A stretch of 45,644 nucleotides of DNA from the IMG/VR virus record IMGVR_UViG_3300037420_001400; one strand, given 5' to 3'. Positions 1-7,603 of this stretch are shown here, one piece after another. This DNA is from a virus. The position numbers and the translations under genes are program-made. Below the pieces are notes generated by a model, which was given only the letters and a program-made list of their open reading frames with translations, made no database searches and was not told where the DNA came from. Every line of letters begins with the position of its first letter. The stretch's first letter is position 1.

Positions 1-127
1 AGTCGGGGTGGCCAGATTAGGGGTTAAAACATGCTTTTAATTGATTTACAGACAATTAGATCGGTTATTCTGAATGTATGCTCTGACCAAGTTGGGGATT
101 AGTAATTGATTTTACATTCATTCGAGG
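1..127. repeat. Terminal direct repeat copy 1 (assembly overlap of a circular molecule)
   Basis: Bases 1-127 are identical to 45518-45644. The 127-nt length equals a common maximal assembler k-mer. The repeat includes the 3' end of ORF 99..560. Confidence 0.9.
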
Positions 128-560
128 TGATCCGCTGGGATCCATACCCGCTTCCATAACCAACCGTATCCTTATGCTCATATATCACCTGGCCATTCTT
201 TTTCACCTGCAGGAAGTTCCAGGTTAGTCCGGAATCAGACATGTATAAGGTGGTGTCTGTGGCGTTTTTAACAGAATAAGTGTAAACCCTGTATTTTTTG
301 TTAGGGTACCCTGTAAACGTGAAGGATATGGGGCAGTTTTTTAATGAATCAGTAGCCGACGTATTGTATTTTTTTATATCCATATTGTAAGTCACATTGG
401 TAGCAGACATTGTGCTTCTTAAATAATTCGATTCAATTCGCACCACATAAGTATCAATTGTGGAGCCACCAGGATTATTTGTTCCCGTTGAGGGGTTGCC
501 TTCCTTCTTCTTGCACGAGATTATAAAGAAAAGCATTGAGAAAACGGCTATGTATTTCAT
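99..560 (-). CDS. Lipoprotein (prophage cargo; possible superinfection-exclusion factor)
   Basis: The N-terminus MKYIAVFSMLFFIISC is a signal peptide plus lipobox Cys. It is the last gene of the repressor operon and overlaps 557..1330 by 4 nt. A minus-strand terminator follows on the circular map. Confidence 0.65.
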   Translation of the reverse strand: MKYIAVFSMLFFIISCKKKEGNPSTGTNNPGGSTIDTYVVRIESNYLRSTMSATNVTYNMDIKKYNTSATDSLKNCPISFTFTGYPNKKYRVYTYSVKNATDTTLYMSDSGLTWNFLQVKKNGQVIYEHKDTVGYGSGYGSQRITSNECKINY

Positions 561-1330
561 GATTCAGTATTTATTTCAGTCAATGGGGCAGCATTTTCTA
601 TCACCGGAACGACAACGGTCTTCTTTAGCTTCTCCTTTTTTGCCCGGTGAGGTTTGATATTATCTATATTCATGGACTCAGTAATAATCCGCTTTATCGA
701 ATTTTCAATGTCGGTTTCCTCAAACTTCGAATCGTATTTTTCTTTCAGGAGCTTCTTGATGTGTCCAACTATCTGAGGTGAATATAACAGGCCGGCAATC
801 GTATGGGGATCGAGCGCATGTGTTTTGTTCCATAGCGCTTCCATTCCTTTGCTTTTTATAGCGTCCTTATGTAGGAATTGCAAAAGATCAACTGCCTGTT
901 TCATGTTGCAACCGGGTCCAATTTCAATCGCGAAAACCTTAACAGACTCAATTGGCTTATTGAATAATATCTTATAGAGCTCGAATGTTTTTCCGTTGGT
1001 GAGCAACGCCCACTCAACCCCCTCATTTGCTCCGTAGTTGATGGTTTGCCTTAGATGGCTTTCATTTAGCTTTAATGACAAAGCTTTTACCTCAACAAGG
1101 AAGTGGCGAATTCCAGCTACTTGAATCATGTAGTCAGCGTACGTTCCTTTGATCATGTATTCAGTTCTTATTTCCTCTATTGGAGTATACCCAAGAACGT
1201 CTGACAGGAAGCAGTTTATAAGAATTCGGGTTCCGGACTCATCCAGCTCGGATAGGTTATTACTGAAGTACTTTTTAATGTAGGCTTTTATTGCCTGGGC
1301 TAACTTTTCTTGTTTTACTAACGTAAGCAT
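557..1330 (-). CDS. HsdR_N-like (type I restriction R-subunit N-terminal type) PD-(D/E)xK domain protein, stand-alone
   Basis: ADYMIQ..FLVEVK..Q..NYG..EWALLTNG..FELYK fits the D / ExK / Q / TNG core of HSDR_N-type nuclease folds. The C-terminal ~120 aa are unassigned. Confidence 0.6.
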   Translation of the reverse strand: MLTLVKQEKLAQAIKAYIKKYFSNNLSELDESGTRILINCFLSDVLGYTPIEEIRTEYMIKGTYADYMIQVAGIRHFLVEVKALSLKLNESHLRQTINYGANEGVEWALLTNGKTFELYKILFNKPIESVKVFAIEIGPGCNMKQAVDLLQFLHKDAIKSKGMEALWNKTHALDPHTIAGLLYSPQIVGHIKKLLKEKYDSKFEETDIENSIKRIITESMNIDNIKPHRAKKEKLKKTVVVPVIENAAPLTEINTES

Positions 1331-1341
1331 GGAATTGTTGG

Positions 1342-1530
1342 TTAATTTAATTGTTCTTTGGTTAATTTAAGAAGATCTTTTTTGACTCGCCATTCCAGGC
1401 GCTTGTTCAGTGCAATGTGTTGGCGCAGAACGCATGCTAATTGCTCCTCTAATTCTATAACTAATCTATACTTGTTGGCCGGACCCGCATTTTCACTTTT
1501 CGCTTTCATGGGTCTATTTTTAGCAAACAT
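1342..1530 (-). CDS. Hypothetical small protein (repressor operon)
   Basis: 62-aa ORF, co-directional, lying between the repressor and the nuclease-like gene. Predicted helical and charged. Confidence 0.4.
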   Translation of the reverse strand: MFAKNRPMKAKSENAGPANKYRLVIELEEQLACVLRQHIALNKRLEWRVKKDLLKLTKEQLN

Positions 1531-1577
1531 ATGTTATTTTTCGATCCGTGTCTAAATTTTGTGTAAATTTTTCCACA

Positions 1578-1970
1578 TCACGCAGTGGATTTTTTATGAA
1601 TAAATTTCAGCGTTCCATCTTTCAATCCCTGATTAACAAGTGTTTGGTAGTTTTTATGATCCTCTTTAATCAAATCGAACGCATCAGCTAATGTGTCCGT
1701 CGCCCTTCCCAGAGTTTCGTGTGCCTTTGTAAGTGTTTCAATTATCCGAAACAAATCCTCCTTTGTAATTTCCTCCTCGGCATCTATAGTTTCTTGTAGT
1801 TGAGGTATCGCTTTTGACATTGAATCAATATAGTGCAACGGAACCTCATTCTTTTTATATAGTGAATAAATTGTTTGCTCTGGAATACTTGATATTTCAG
1901 AGATTTCCTTGACCATTTTTCCGCTGTTTCTAACAACCTTATGTAATTCTTTACCTGTCATTATGAACAA
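1578..1970 (-). CDS. CI-like repressor (HTH DNA-binding protein)
   Basis: HTH-like segment MVKEISEISSIPEQTIYSLYKK. It is divergent from a Cro-like gene across an operator-rich spacer and heads the leftward lysogeny operon. The start may be the ATG at 1961. Confidence 0.6.
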   Translation of the reverse strand: MFIMTGKELHKVVRNSGKMVKEISEISSIPEQTIYSLYKKNEVPLHYIDSMSKAIPQLQETIDAEEEITKEDLFRIIETLTKAHETLGRATDTLADAFDLIKEDHKNYQTLVNQGLKDGTLKFIHKKSTA

Positions 1971-2074
1971 TGAAACTATAAATTGTTAATAAATAACTAT
2001 ACAAAACTATTGACAACTACAAAAAACTATATACATTTGTGTTCACAATAATGATAACAAATATATAAAAAATT
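1971..2074. promoter_or_regulatory. Genetic-switch region: divergent -7 boxes plus a phased AACTAT operator array
   Basis: AACTAT(A) occurs at 1974, 1995, 2005, 2015 (AACTAC) and 2025, the last four with an exact 10-bp period. Plus-strand TAcaTTTG is at 2032-2039. Minus-strand TAgtTTTG (plus CAAAACTA) is at 2002-2009. Confidence 0.6.
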
Positions 2075-2278
2075 ATGACAACGATAAAACCAGAGGTCAT
2101 TGCCAAGATCCAGGAAAGCCAAAAGGCTAAAAACCGGTTGGCTTACGAACTAAACAAACATAGCGTAACCATAGATCGATATTTAGAGAACAACGATGAG
2201 ATGTTGACTACTAAAACTGCCCTCCTTGCAATTAGCGAAGAATTGGGCATATCTGAATCTGAAATTATTAGCGCATAA
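2075..2278 (+). CDS. Cro-like HTH regulator
   Basis: 67 aa with an HTH-like LAYELNKHSVTIDRYL segment. It is the first gene of the rightward operon, 36 nt downstream of a TAnnTTTG box. Confidence 0.55.
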   Translation: MTTIKPEVIAKIQESQKAKNRLAYELNKHSVTIDRYLENNDEMLTTKTALLAISEELGISESEIISA

Positions 2279-2281
2279 CCC

Positions 2282-2533
2282 ATGACCGAGATTCTAACCA
2301 CCTTAAAGTCCATCGAAAAGATCCTGCTGCAGCAACAGGGTCCGTATGCCAAGACAGAGGAGGCGTTATCCCTTCTCGGTTTGGAAAATTCGCGGGATCT
2401 GACATATCTATTCAGAGAGGGGCACATAAACAGGTATCCACGAAAGGGCGGGTACGTCTACAAGAAATCGGAACTGCATGAATGCGCTGAGCGATTGAAC
2501 AACAGAGTAATTGTACTCCCCAAACACAAATAA
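2282..2533 (+). CDS. Excisionase-family / MerR-type HTH DNA-binding protein
   Basis: EEALSLLGLENSRDLTYLFREGHI..YPRKGGYVYKKSEL resembles excisionase-type (HTH_17-like) domains common in Bacteroidota mobile elements. Confidence 0.5.
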   Translation: MTEILTTLKSIEKILLQQQGPYAKTEEALSLLGLENSRDLTYLFREGHINRYPRKGGYVYKKSELHECAERLNNRVIVLPKHK

Positions 2534-2670
2534 CACAATCATAGTAATAGCAATCGACAATATAAATAACCAATAAACGATATGGAAACAACAAAACACA
2601 CGCCGGGGCCTTGGACTGTAGGTCATAAAGGAAACGTAATAGCACATGGGGGCAACATCACAATAGCTAA

Positions 2671-2909
2671 AACGGGATTCGGAAATCTGGGGCAAAAATT
2701 GGGAGCAGCCTGAAGTGGCATCCGGTCTCCGTTCCTTTCTTATGCAAAGGGTGGATAGATCCAGTTTTAGTAGAGTCAATGATGGGGTTCCCTCCGGATT
2801 GGATATTGAAACCTTTAAGCATTCACTTTTCGGATACGGAAACGCAATAGTTCCGCAGGTGGCACTACAAATATTTAAGGCAATAGAACAATACGCACTC
2901 AACAAATGA
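2671..2909 (+). pseudogene. C-terminal remnant of a C5-cytosine DNA methyltransferase, frameshifted
   Basis: The frame ending at 2850 reads ..VESMMGFPPDW.. (the MGFPxDW signature). The next frame (2715..2909) reads ..GYGNAIVPQVALQIFKAI.. (motif X, GNAhxP). No N-terminal catalytic motifs lie upstream. Confidence 0.5.
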
Positions 2910-3109
2910 AATTCATCCTCCCCGACCCAACCATTGACCACGCGCCTACTCCCGTTGAGATCACGGAAGAACAATGTGCTGAGTGCGGATACATCGGTTA
3001 CATAGCAGAACAATCGTTTTGCAGGGTGTCGAAGGAGTGGTACGTGAGCAAGGAGTTGATGGTGTGGGATGGAGTGTGGAGATGTGTTGAACATAAAAAT
3101 GAAAAGTAA
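2906..3109 (+). CDS. Hypothetical Cys-containing small protein
   Basis: 67 aa with CAEC..C..C/H spacing. Its stop overlaps the next start (TAATG). Confidence 0.5.
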   Translation: MKFILPDPTIDHAPTPVEITEEQCAECGYIGYIAEQSFCRVSKEWYVSKELMVWDGVWRCVEHKNEK

Positions 3110-3417
3110 TGTTTACAGTAAGAGATAAAATATTAAACGCCATACTTGCTCAGGCAAGACCTTACCACACGGGAGCAATCGTCGTTAATGAAGATGCCGC
3201 AACGGATGAAGTTATGAATCGATTGGAGCCGGAGCTGAAGCGATCTGAACTATTTGATGAAATGAAGGCTGCTCTTGAGGAAATTAAAGAAACTCATCTT
3301 TGGTTGTGGGAGAAGTGCGACAGAGGACAGATTGATCACACGGACTTCTTCAATCGTAACGCGAATTCCAACAAAATGGTAGAGGATGTATTAAACAAAG
3401 CCAACGCAATAAAATGA
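3109..3417 (+). CDS. Hypothetical protein
   Basis: Early-operon ORF with a 4-nt overlap onto the next gene. Confidence 0.55.
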   Translation: MFTVRDKILNAILAQARPYHTGAIVVNEDAATDEVMNRLEPELKRSELFDEMKAALEEIKETHLWLWEKCDRGQIDHTDFFNRNANSNKMVEDVLNKANAIK

Positions 3418-3602
3418 CCACAACCGAACAATACCAGATCATCAACGACGCGATACTGTTGCTGACAAGGCGTAAGATCGAAGCCAATAAGAAGTTCACT
3501 GAATCAGTTGGCGGATGTCTACCCCTTACCCAAACAGTCGAGATCGAAAAGGAATGCAACGAAGGGATTAAGTTGTTAGAGAAAATAAAAAAGGAACTAT
3601 GA
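3414..3602 (+). CDS. Hypothetical protein
   Basis: Early-operon ORF with ATGA-type overlaps on both sides. Confidence 0.5.
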   Translation: MTTTEQYQIINDAILLLTRRKIEANKKFTESVGGCLPLTQTVEIEKECNEGIKLLEKIKKEL

Positions 3603-3904
3603 GCGAACAACTTTCTCCACAGCAAATAAAAGATGTAGCCGTTCTGATGTACAAGGGCCATACCCAAACGTCTATAATGGCTCATACTGGTTTGTCCTTA
3701 GAAGACGTTCGCAGGGCTCAGATACTTTGCGTATCGAATCCATTCGAGAAAGAGAGATCGGGCAATATCACATACCACCACCTCGAAAAACTTGAACAGG
3801 ATTTGTTTAAGGCAATCGATAAGCTACAAAACGGAAGGTGCGGTTTCAAGGACATAGACGATTACGCGGAGTTAAAACACAGATACGTACACGCATTATT
3901 ATAA
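3599..3904 (+). CDS. Small HTH protein (sigma-70 region-4 / LuxR-like helix-turn-helix)
   Basis: LSPQQIKDVAVLMYKGHTQTSIMAHTGLSLEDVRR resembles region-4-type HTH. A candidate transcription regulator. Confidence 0.35.
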   Translation: MSEQLSPQQIKDVAVLMYKGHTQTSIMAHTGLSLEDVRRAQILCVSNPFEKERSGNITYHHLEKLEQDLFKAIDKLQNGRCGFKDIDDYAELKHRYVHALL

Positions 3905-3924
3905 ACCAATAAACCAACAACAAG

Positions 3925-4188
3925 ATGAATATCGAATCGGAAAACTTCACAATCAAGCTAACACACGGCGAGTTGTGGTCAATCGCGTGGGACATTAAAC
4001 GCTCCCTGCTTCACGATGTAGCCAATCACTGGGTTAGACATCAATCATCATTTGAAAGAGACGAGTCTAACAAAATAGGAATGATCAGGCAAATGTATTA
4101 TGCCCTTGGTCGCCCTGATATGTACGATGCGGTAATGGCGGAGGCAAAGAAAATAATCGAAGAATATAATAAAAACCAACAAAAATAA
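3925..4188 (+). CDS. Hypothetical protein
   Basis: 87-aa ORF in the early operon. Confidence 0.55.
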   Translation: MNIESENFTIKLTHGELWSIAWDIKRSLLHDVANHWVRHQSSFERDESNKIGMIRQMYYALGRPDMYDAVMAEAKKIIEEYNKNQQK

Positions 4189-4192
4189 ACAG

Positions 4193-4702
4193 ATGGAAAC
4201 CAACCAACAACACAAGACCCATTGGAAGAAGCTGCACAACCCGGATTACCTCGGGGCGTACAGTCTCGATCTGAACGGTAAATACATCGAGCTGAACGTT
4301 TTGATCGAATCGGTTAAAAACGAGATAGTGGAGGGGCCGGACGGAAAGAAAGACGATTGCATTGTTGCGAAACTGAAAGGACAAAAGCCGATGATCCTGA
4401 ACGCAACAAACTGTAAGACCCTTACCAAACTGTTCAGCTCTCCGCATATCGAGGACTGGTATAACAAAACCGTAACGGTATACGTGGCTAAGATCAAAGC
4501 ATTCGGGGACGTTCACGATGCGCTGAGGATCAAAACAACCTTGCCTGTGGTAGAGCTGCCTGAGTTCACGCCTAAGCACGAACGTTGGAAAGGTGCCGTT
4601 ACCGCGCTCAAAGCAAAGAACACCACTATAGCAGAGATCCGGAAAAACTTTTCCCTATCCGATGTGAACGAAGCAATCTTAAAAGCGGAGGCCGGACTAT
4701 GA
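4193..4702 (+). CDS. Hypothetical protein adjacent to the recombination exonuclease
   Basis: 169-aa ORF whose stop overlaps the exonuclease ATG at 4699 (ATGA). No motif recognised. Confidence 0.55.
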   Translation: METNQQHKTHWKKLHNPDYLGAYSLDLNGKYIELNVLIESVKNEIVEGPDGKKDDCIVAKLKGQKPMILNATNCKTLTKLFSSPHIEDWYNKTVTVYVAKIKAFGDVHDALRIKTTLPVVELPEFTPKHERWKGAVTALKAKNTTIAEIRKNFSLSDVNEAILKAEAGL

Positions 4703-5502
4703 AAGAGTTTAAAATAAGATGTTCCGCTATCGGTGAAATCATGGCCGGGCAGATCGGGTTAACCGAAGCGCAGGCAAAATACCGTTCCGAACTACTGGCC
4801 CGCACAAAGCCGCTAACGGATAAGATGCAATCCGATTTGGCTGATCTTAATGCCAGGTTCGCACAGAACGAATTGCCGCAGTCCGCAAAAACGTATTGCC
4901 TCAACTGGATCAAAGAACAACTATACCAAAAGCGCAAAGATTTTTCCAGCAAGTTCACGGAGAAGGGCATATTGATGGAATCCGAAGCTATTGAATTCTG
5001 CTCCGAGCAATTGGGTTGGGGCATGGTATCGAAAAACACAGAAAGCTTTGAAGACGCTTTTATGACCGGAGAACCCGATGTTATTTTGGGCGAATCGGTT
5101 GAAGACATCAAATGTTCATGGGACTGCTTCACCTTCCCGCTCTTCCATAACGACTGCGATCAGGCTTACTACTGGCAACTACAAGGCTACATGTACCTGA
5201 CCGGTAAGAAGAAAGCAGGCGTTAACTATGTGCTTATGGACGCGCCGGAACAGATCGTAGACATCGAATCCAAAAGGGAGGCATACGCATCAGGTGAAAT
5301 GGATGTGACAACCGAACTGTGGGATTCTGTTTGCGCCCGGATGAGTTATGCTGGAATCGATCCGAAGCTGAGACACAAGCGTTACGCTATTGAGTTCAAC
5401 CAGGATGCGGTGAATTCGGTTTGTGAACGGGTGGAACTGTGCAGGCAGTATATAGGCCGGATAATGAAGACGCTGGAATTGGAAGGAGTTATTAATTCAT
5501 AA
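4699..5502 (+). CDS. YqaJ / lambda-Exo-like PD-(D/E)xK recombination exonuclease
   Basis: RCSAIGEIMAG.., GEPD..VEDIKCSW (D..ExK) and YYWQLQGYMYLTG match YqaJ-type viral recombinase exonucleases. Start chosen at ATG 4699, coupled to the upstream stop. Confidence 0.75.
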   Translation: MKEFKIRCSAIGEIMAGQIGLTEAQAKYRSELLARTKPLTDKMQSDLADLNARFAQNELPQSAKTYCLNWIKEQLYQKRKDFSSKFTEKGILMESEAIEFCSEQLGWGMVSKNTESFEDAFMTGEPDVILGESVEDIKCSWDCFTFPLFHNDCDQAYYWQLQGYMYLTGKKKAGVNYVLMDAPEQIVDIESKREAYASGEMDVTTELWDSVCARMSYAGIDPKLRHKRYAIEFNQDAVNSVCERVELCRQYIGRIMKTLELEGVINS

Positions 5503-5523
5503 AACAAAACAGGAGGAAATAAG

Positions 5524-5736
5524 ATGAGTAATTCAGTAATAGGAAAATTTGCAGTTGTAATTCCGACAACGGAACAAATAGGAATGGACACTTGGCGAGA
5601 CTCCGTTAAAGTGCTGGTGCTAGATACAAACCTAACATTCGACCAGATTGTTGAAGAGGCAAGGAAAGTATCAAAGGGAGTGAAAGTAGAAGTGTTACAA
5701 TTCACAAATCTGCTCCTGCCTGAATCAATTCAATAA
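5524..5736 (+). CDS. Hypothetical protein
   Basis: 70-aa ORF in the early operon. Confidence 0.5.
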   Translation: MSNSVIGKFAVVIPTTEQIGMDTWRDSVKVLVLDTNLTFDQIVEEARKVSKGVKVEVLQFTNLLLPESIQ

Positions 5737-5930
5737 TGCTGCCCCTCTCCCACTCCATAAAACTCCTCCGCGTTCACGATCCTGAGAAGGAATTGCAGGA
5801 CGCAAAGGCTCAGATAGCACGATTGGAGAAGACTATTGCAGGTAAGGATGCCACGATTACTGCGAGAGGAAACGAGGTGAACAGGTTGAAATTGGAGATT
5901 GCGAAACTTAAAGATATGTTGAAGAGATGA
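5736..5930 (+). CDS. Hypothetical coiled-coil protein
   Basis: 64 aa with a heptad-like charged sequence. Overlapping junctions on both sides. Confidence 0.5.
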   Translation: MLPLSHSIKLLRVHDPEKELQDAKAQIARLEKTIAGKDATITARGNEVNRLKLEIAKLKDMLKR

Positions 5931-6259
5931 AGCGGACCGAGAGCAAAATTCAATCCGAGATCGTGAAATACATTCGCCTGTTATATCCGAGGTCGATTCT
6001 TTTCAGCGTGCCAAATGGTGGAAAAAGGAATGTAGTAACCGGTTCCATATTAAAACGAGAGGGCGCAATGCCTGGTGTTTCGGATCTGGTTTGGATATTC
6101 AAAGGAGTGGTTTATTTCTTCGAGGTTAAAACAGAAAAGGGGGCCCAGTCTGAGTCTCAAAAAGAATTCAGAGATATGGTAATTGTTCAGGGATTTGATT
6201 ATACAATTTTAAAATCTACGAAGGATTTCGACTCCTTCATTAAAGAAAAAGGATTATGA
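5927..6259 (+). CDS. VRR-NUC domain nuclease
   Basis: ESKIQSEIVKYI..PNGG..GVSDL..FFEVKT..G..S..Q fits the VRR-NUC PD-(D/E)xK pattern. Confidence 0.75.
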   Translation: MKRTESKIQSEIVKYIRLLYPRSILFSVPNGGKRNVVTGSILKREGAMPGVSDLVWIFKGVVYFFEVKTEKGAQSESQKEFRDMVIVQGFDYTILKSTKDFDSFIKEKGL

Positions 6260-6999
6260 TACTTATTGGTAGCAGCGCAATACGACACTATTATCCGGAA
6301 TTTAAAAGGGTTCCTAAAGATATTGACTATGTGGTTAATTCGGATAGTAAAATGAAATCGGCAGACGGAATAGAGTATTTAATTAACCCTGTAATATATA
6401 AAAGGTATGCGCCATTTGTGAACACCGTTATATCGGCTAACGACCTCACTACTCTAAAGGCTTCACATTTGTTATGGAATATAAATTGGGGAAAACACAT
6501 GTTCGATTTGCAGTTTCTTCTTAGTAAGGGCCATAAAATAAACGAGGATCTTTTCTTTCGATTATACGATCAATGGAATGTGCTTCATTCAAAAAACAAA
6601 AGAAGTGATCTGAAGATGTCGAAGGAGGATTTTTTCGATAACGCAATAAACTACAATGAAAGCGAGCACGACGACCTGCATAAAATTATTAACCCGAATC
6701 CAATTTACACCCGGATTCTAAAAGACGGAGAGGAGGTAGAATTATGCGAACTTAAATACCAAGCCCTAACAAGGGATGAAAAGTTGGATTTAGTTAGAGA
6801 AGAGGTGATGGTTATGGCATATGAAAGATATAGGCGCTTTGGATACAAGATAGCTTATGTACGTATGCTGAAGAAATTTATAATCAGCCACGCGCCAATT
6901 TTCACACTGATATTCATTCTTGAAAATTACGTTGAATTATTAAAACCAAAAACAGACTTTATTAAAACAATAGAAAATGAACTTACAACAACTAAATGA
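6256..6999 (+). CDS. Putative nucleotidyltransferase-fold protein
   Basis: N-terminal GSS (aa 5-7) followed by DID (aa 22-24) resembles the GS..DxD signature of Pol-beta-fold NTases. The rest is unassigned. Confidence 0.35.
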   Translation: MILIGSSAIRHYYPEFKRVPKDIDYVVNSDSKMKSADGIEYLINPVIYKRYAPFVNTVISANDLTTLKASHLLWNINWGKHMFDLQFLLSKGHKINEDLFFRLYDQWNVLHSKNKRSDLKMSKEDFFDNAINYNESEHDDLHKIINPNPIYTRILKDGEEVELCELKYQALTRDEKLDLVREEVMVMAYERYRRFGYKIAYVRMLKKFIISHAPIFTLIFILENYVELLKPKTDFIKTIENELTTTK

Positions 7000-7543
7000 T
7001 TGCTTGGCTGACATTGGAGTTCTAAGGAGAACTCGAACAAAAAGAACCGTTGAACATGAAGTAGACGGGGAAACGCAAGGGGATGAAGGTGTCGCTTATG
7101 AAATATGCCCACTTCCTTTTGATGGATTATTCGCTAAAATCAGAGTAACTACAGACAGCTATGGAAGCAGAGAGTCGGTTTCAGGTATTGAGTTTGTAAG
7201 ACCTGTTTCCGAAGAGGTAACAATACATGAACCGAGTAAATCTGAGGATTCCACCCTGCTGGAATTATTGGACAATCTGAAAAATTATGATGGAGATGTT
7301 TACGAACTCATAGACTCCCTCGATTCTAATGATCTAACTGAAAAGTTTGGAGAGGTTGTTATTGTAGATGAAGCTGGAAACTCTGAAGGCGGAGGCGAGT
7401 ACTCCCACTACATTTTTCATTTCAAAGACAAGGGTGTTTATATTAGGGTGACAGGGTGTTACACCTCTCACCATGGAACAGACTGGAATAATGACTGGAC
7501 CATTGTAAACCCGAAACAGGAAACAGTAACAGTATACAGATAG
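6977..7543 (+). CDS. Hypothetical acidic protein
   Basis: 188-aa ORF with a D/E-rich central part. Last gene before a plus-strand hairpin with a T-run. Confidence 0.5.
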   Translation: MNLQQLNDCLADIGVLRRTRTKRTVEHEVDGETQGDEGVAYEICPLPFDGLFAKIRVTTDSYGSRESVSGIEFVRPVSEEVTIHEPSKSEDSTLLELLDNLKNYDGDVYELIDSLDSNDLTEKFGEVVIVDEAGNSEGGGEYSHYIFHFKDKGVYIRVTGCYTSHHGTDWNNDWTIVNPKQETVTVYR

Positions 7544-7548
7544 AAAAT

Positions 7549-7576
7549 CCGGGGTGTAAAAAGCCCCGGGTTTATT
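7549..7576 (+). terminator. Rho-independent terminator-like hairpin
   Basis: CCGGGG (7549-7554) pairs with CCCCGG (7564-7569), followed by GTTTATT. It lies just after the stop of 6977..7543. Confidence 0.5.
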
Positions 7577-7603
7577 AACCCAATAAAACACTAACCGAAA
7601 AAC

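Noticed and set aside
1-127. Terminal repeats read as attL/attR or as LTR-like element ends
   Set aside because: There is no host DNA outside the repeats. The repeat cuts through the 3' end of a gene, and the 127-nt length matches an assembler k-mer overlap. It is treated as circular closure.
2408-3094. 228-aa minus-strand ORF (and the nested 2412..2645 ORF) across the early region
   Set aside because: It lies antisense to five co-directional plus-strand features and has a low-complexity, Cys/Ser/Leu-rich composition. It has no coupling to neighbours and looks like a shadow ORF.
4085-5132. Minus-strand ORFs 4085..4579, 4246..4497 and 4626..5132
   Set aside because: They are antisense to well-supported plus-strand genes, including the motif-bearing YqaJ exonuclease. 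Shadow frames.
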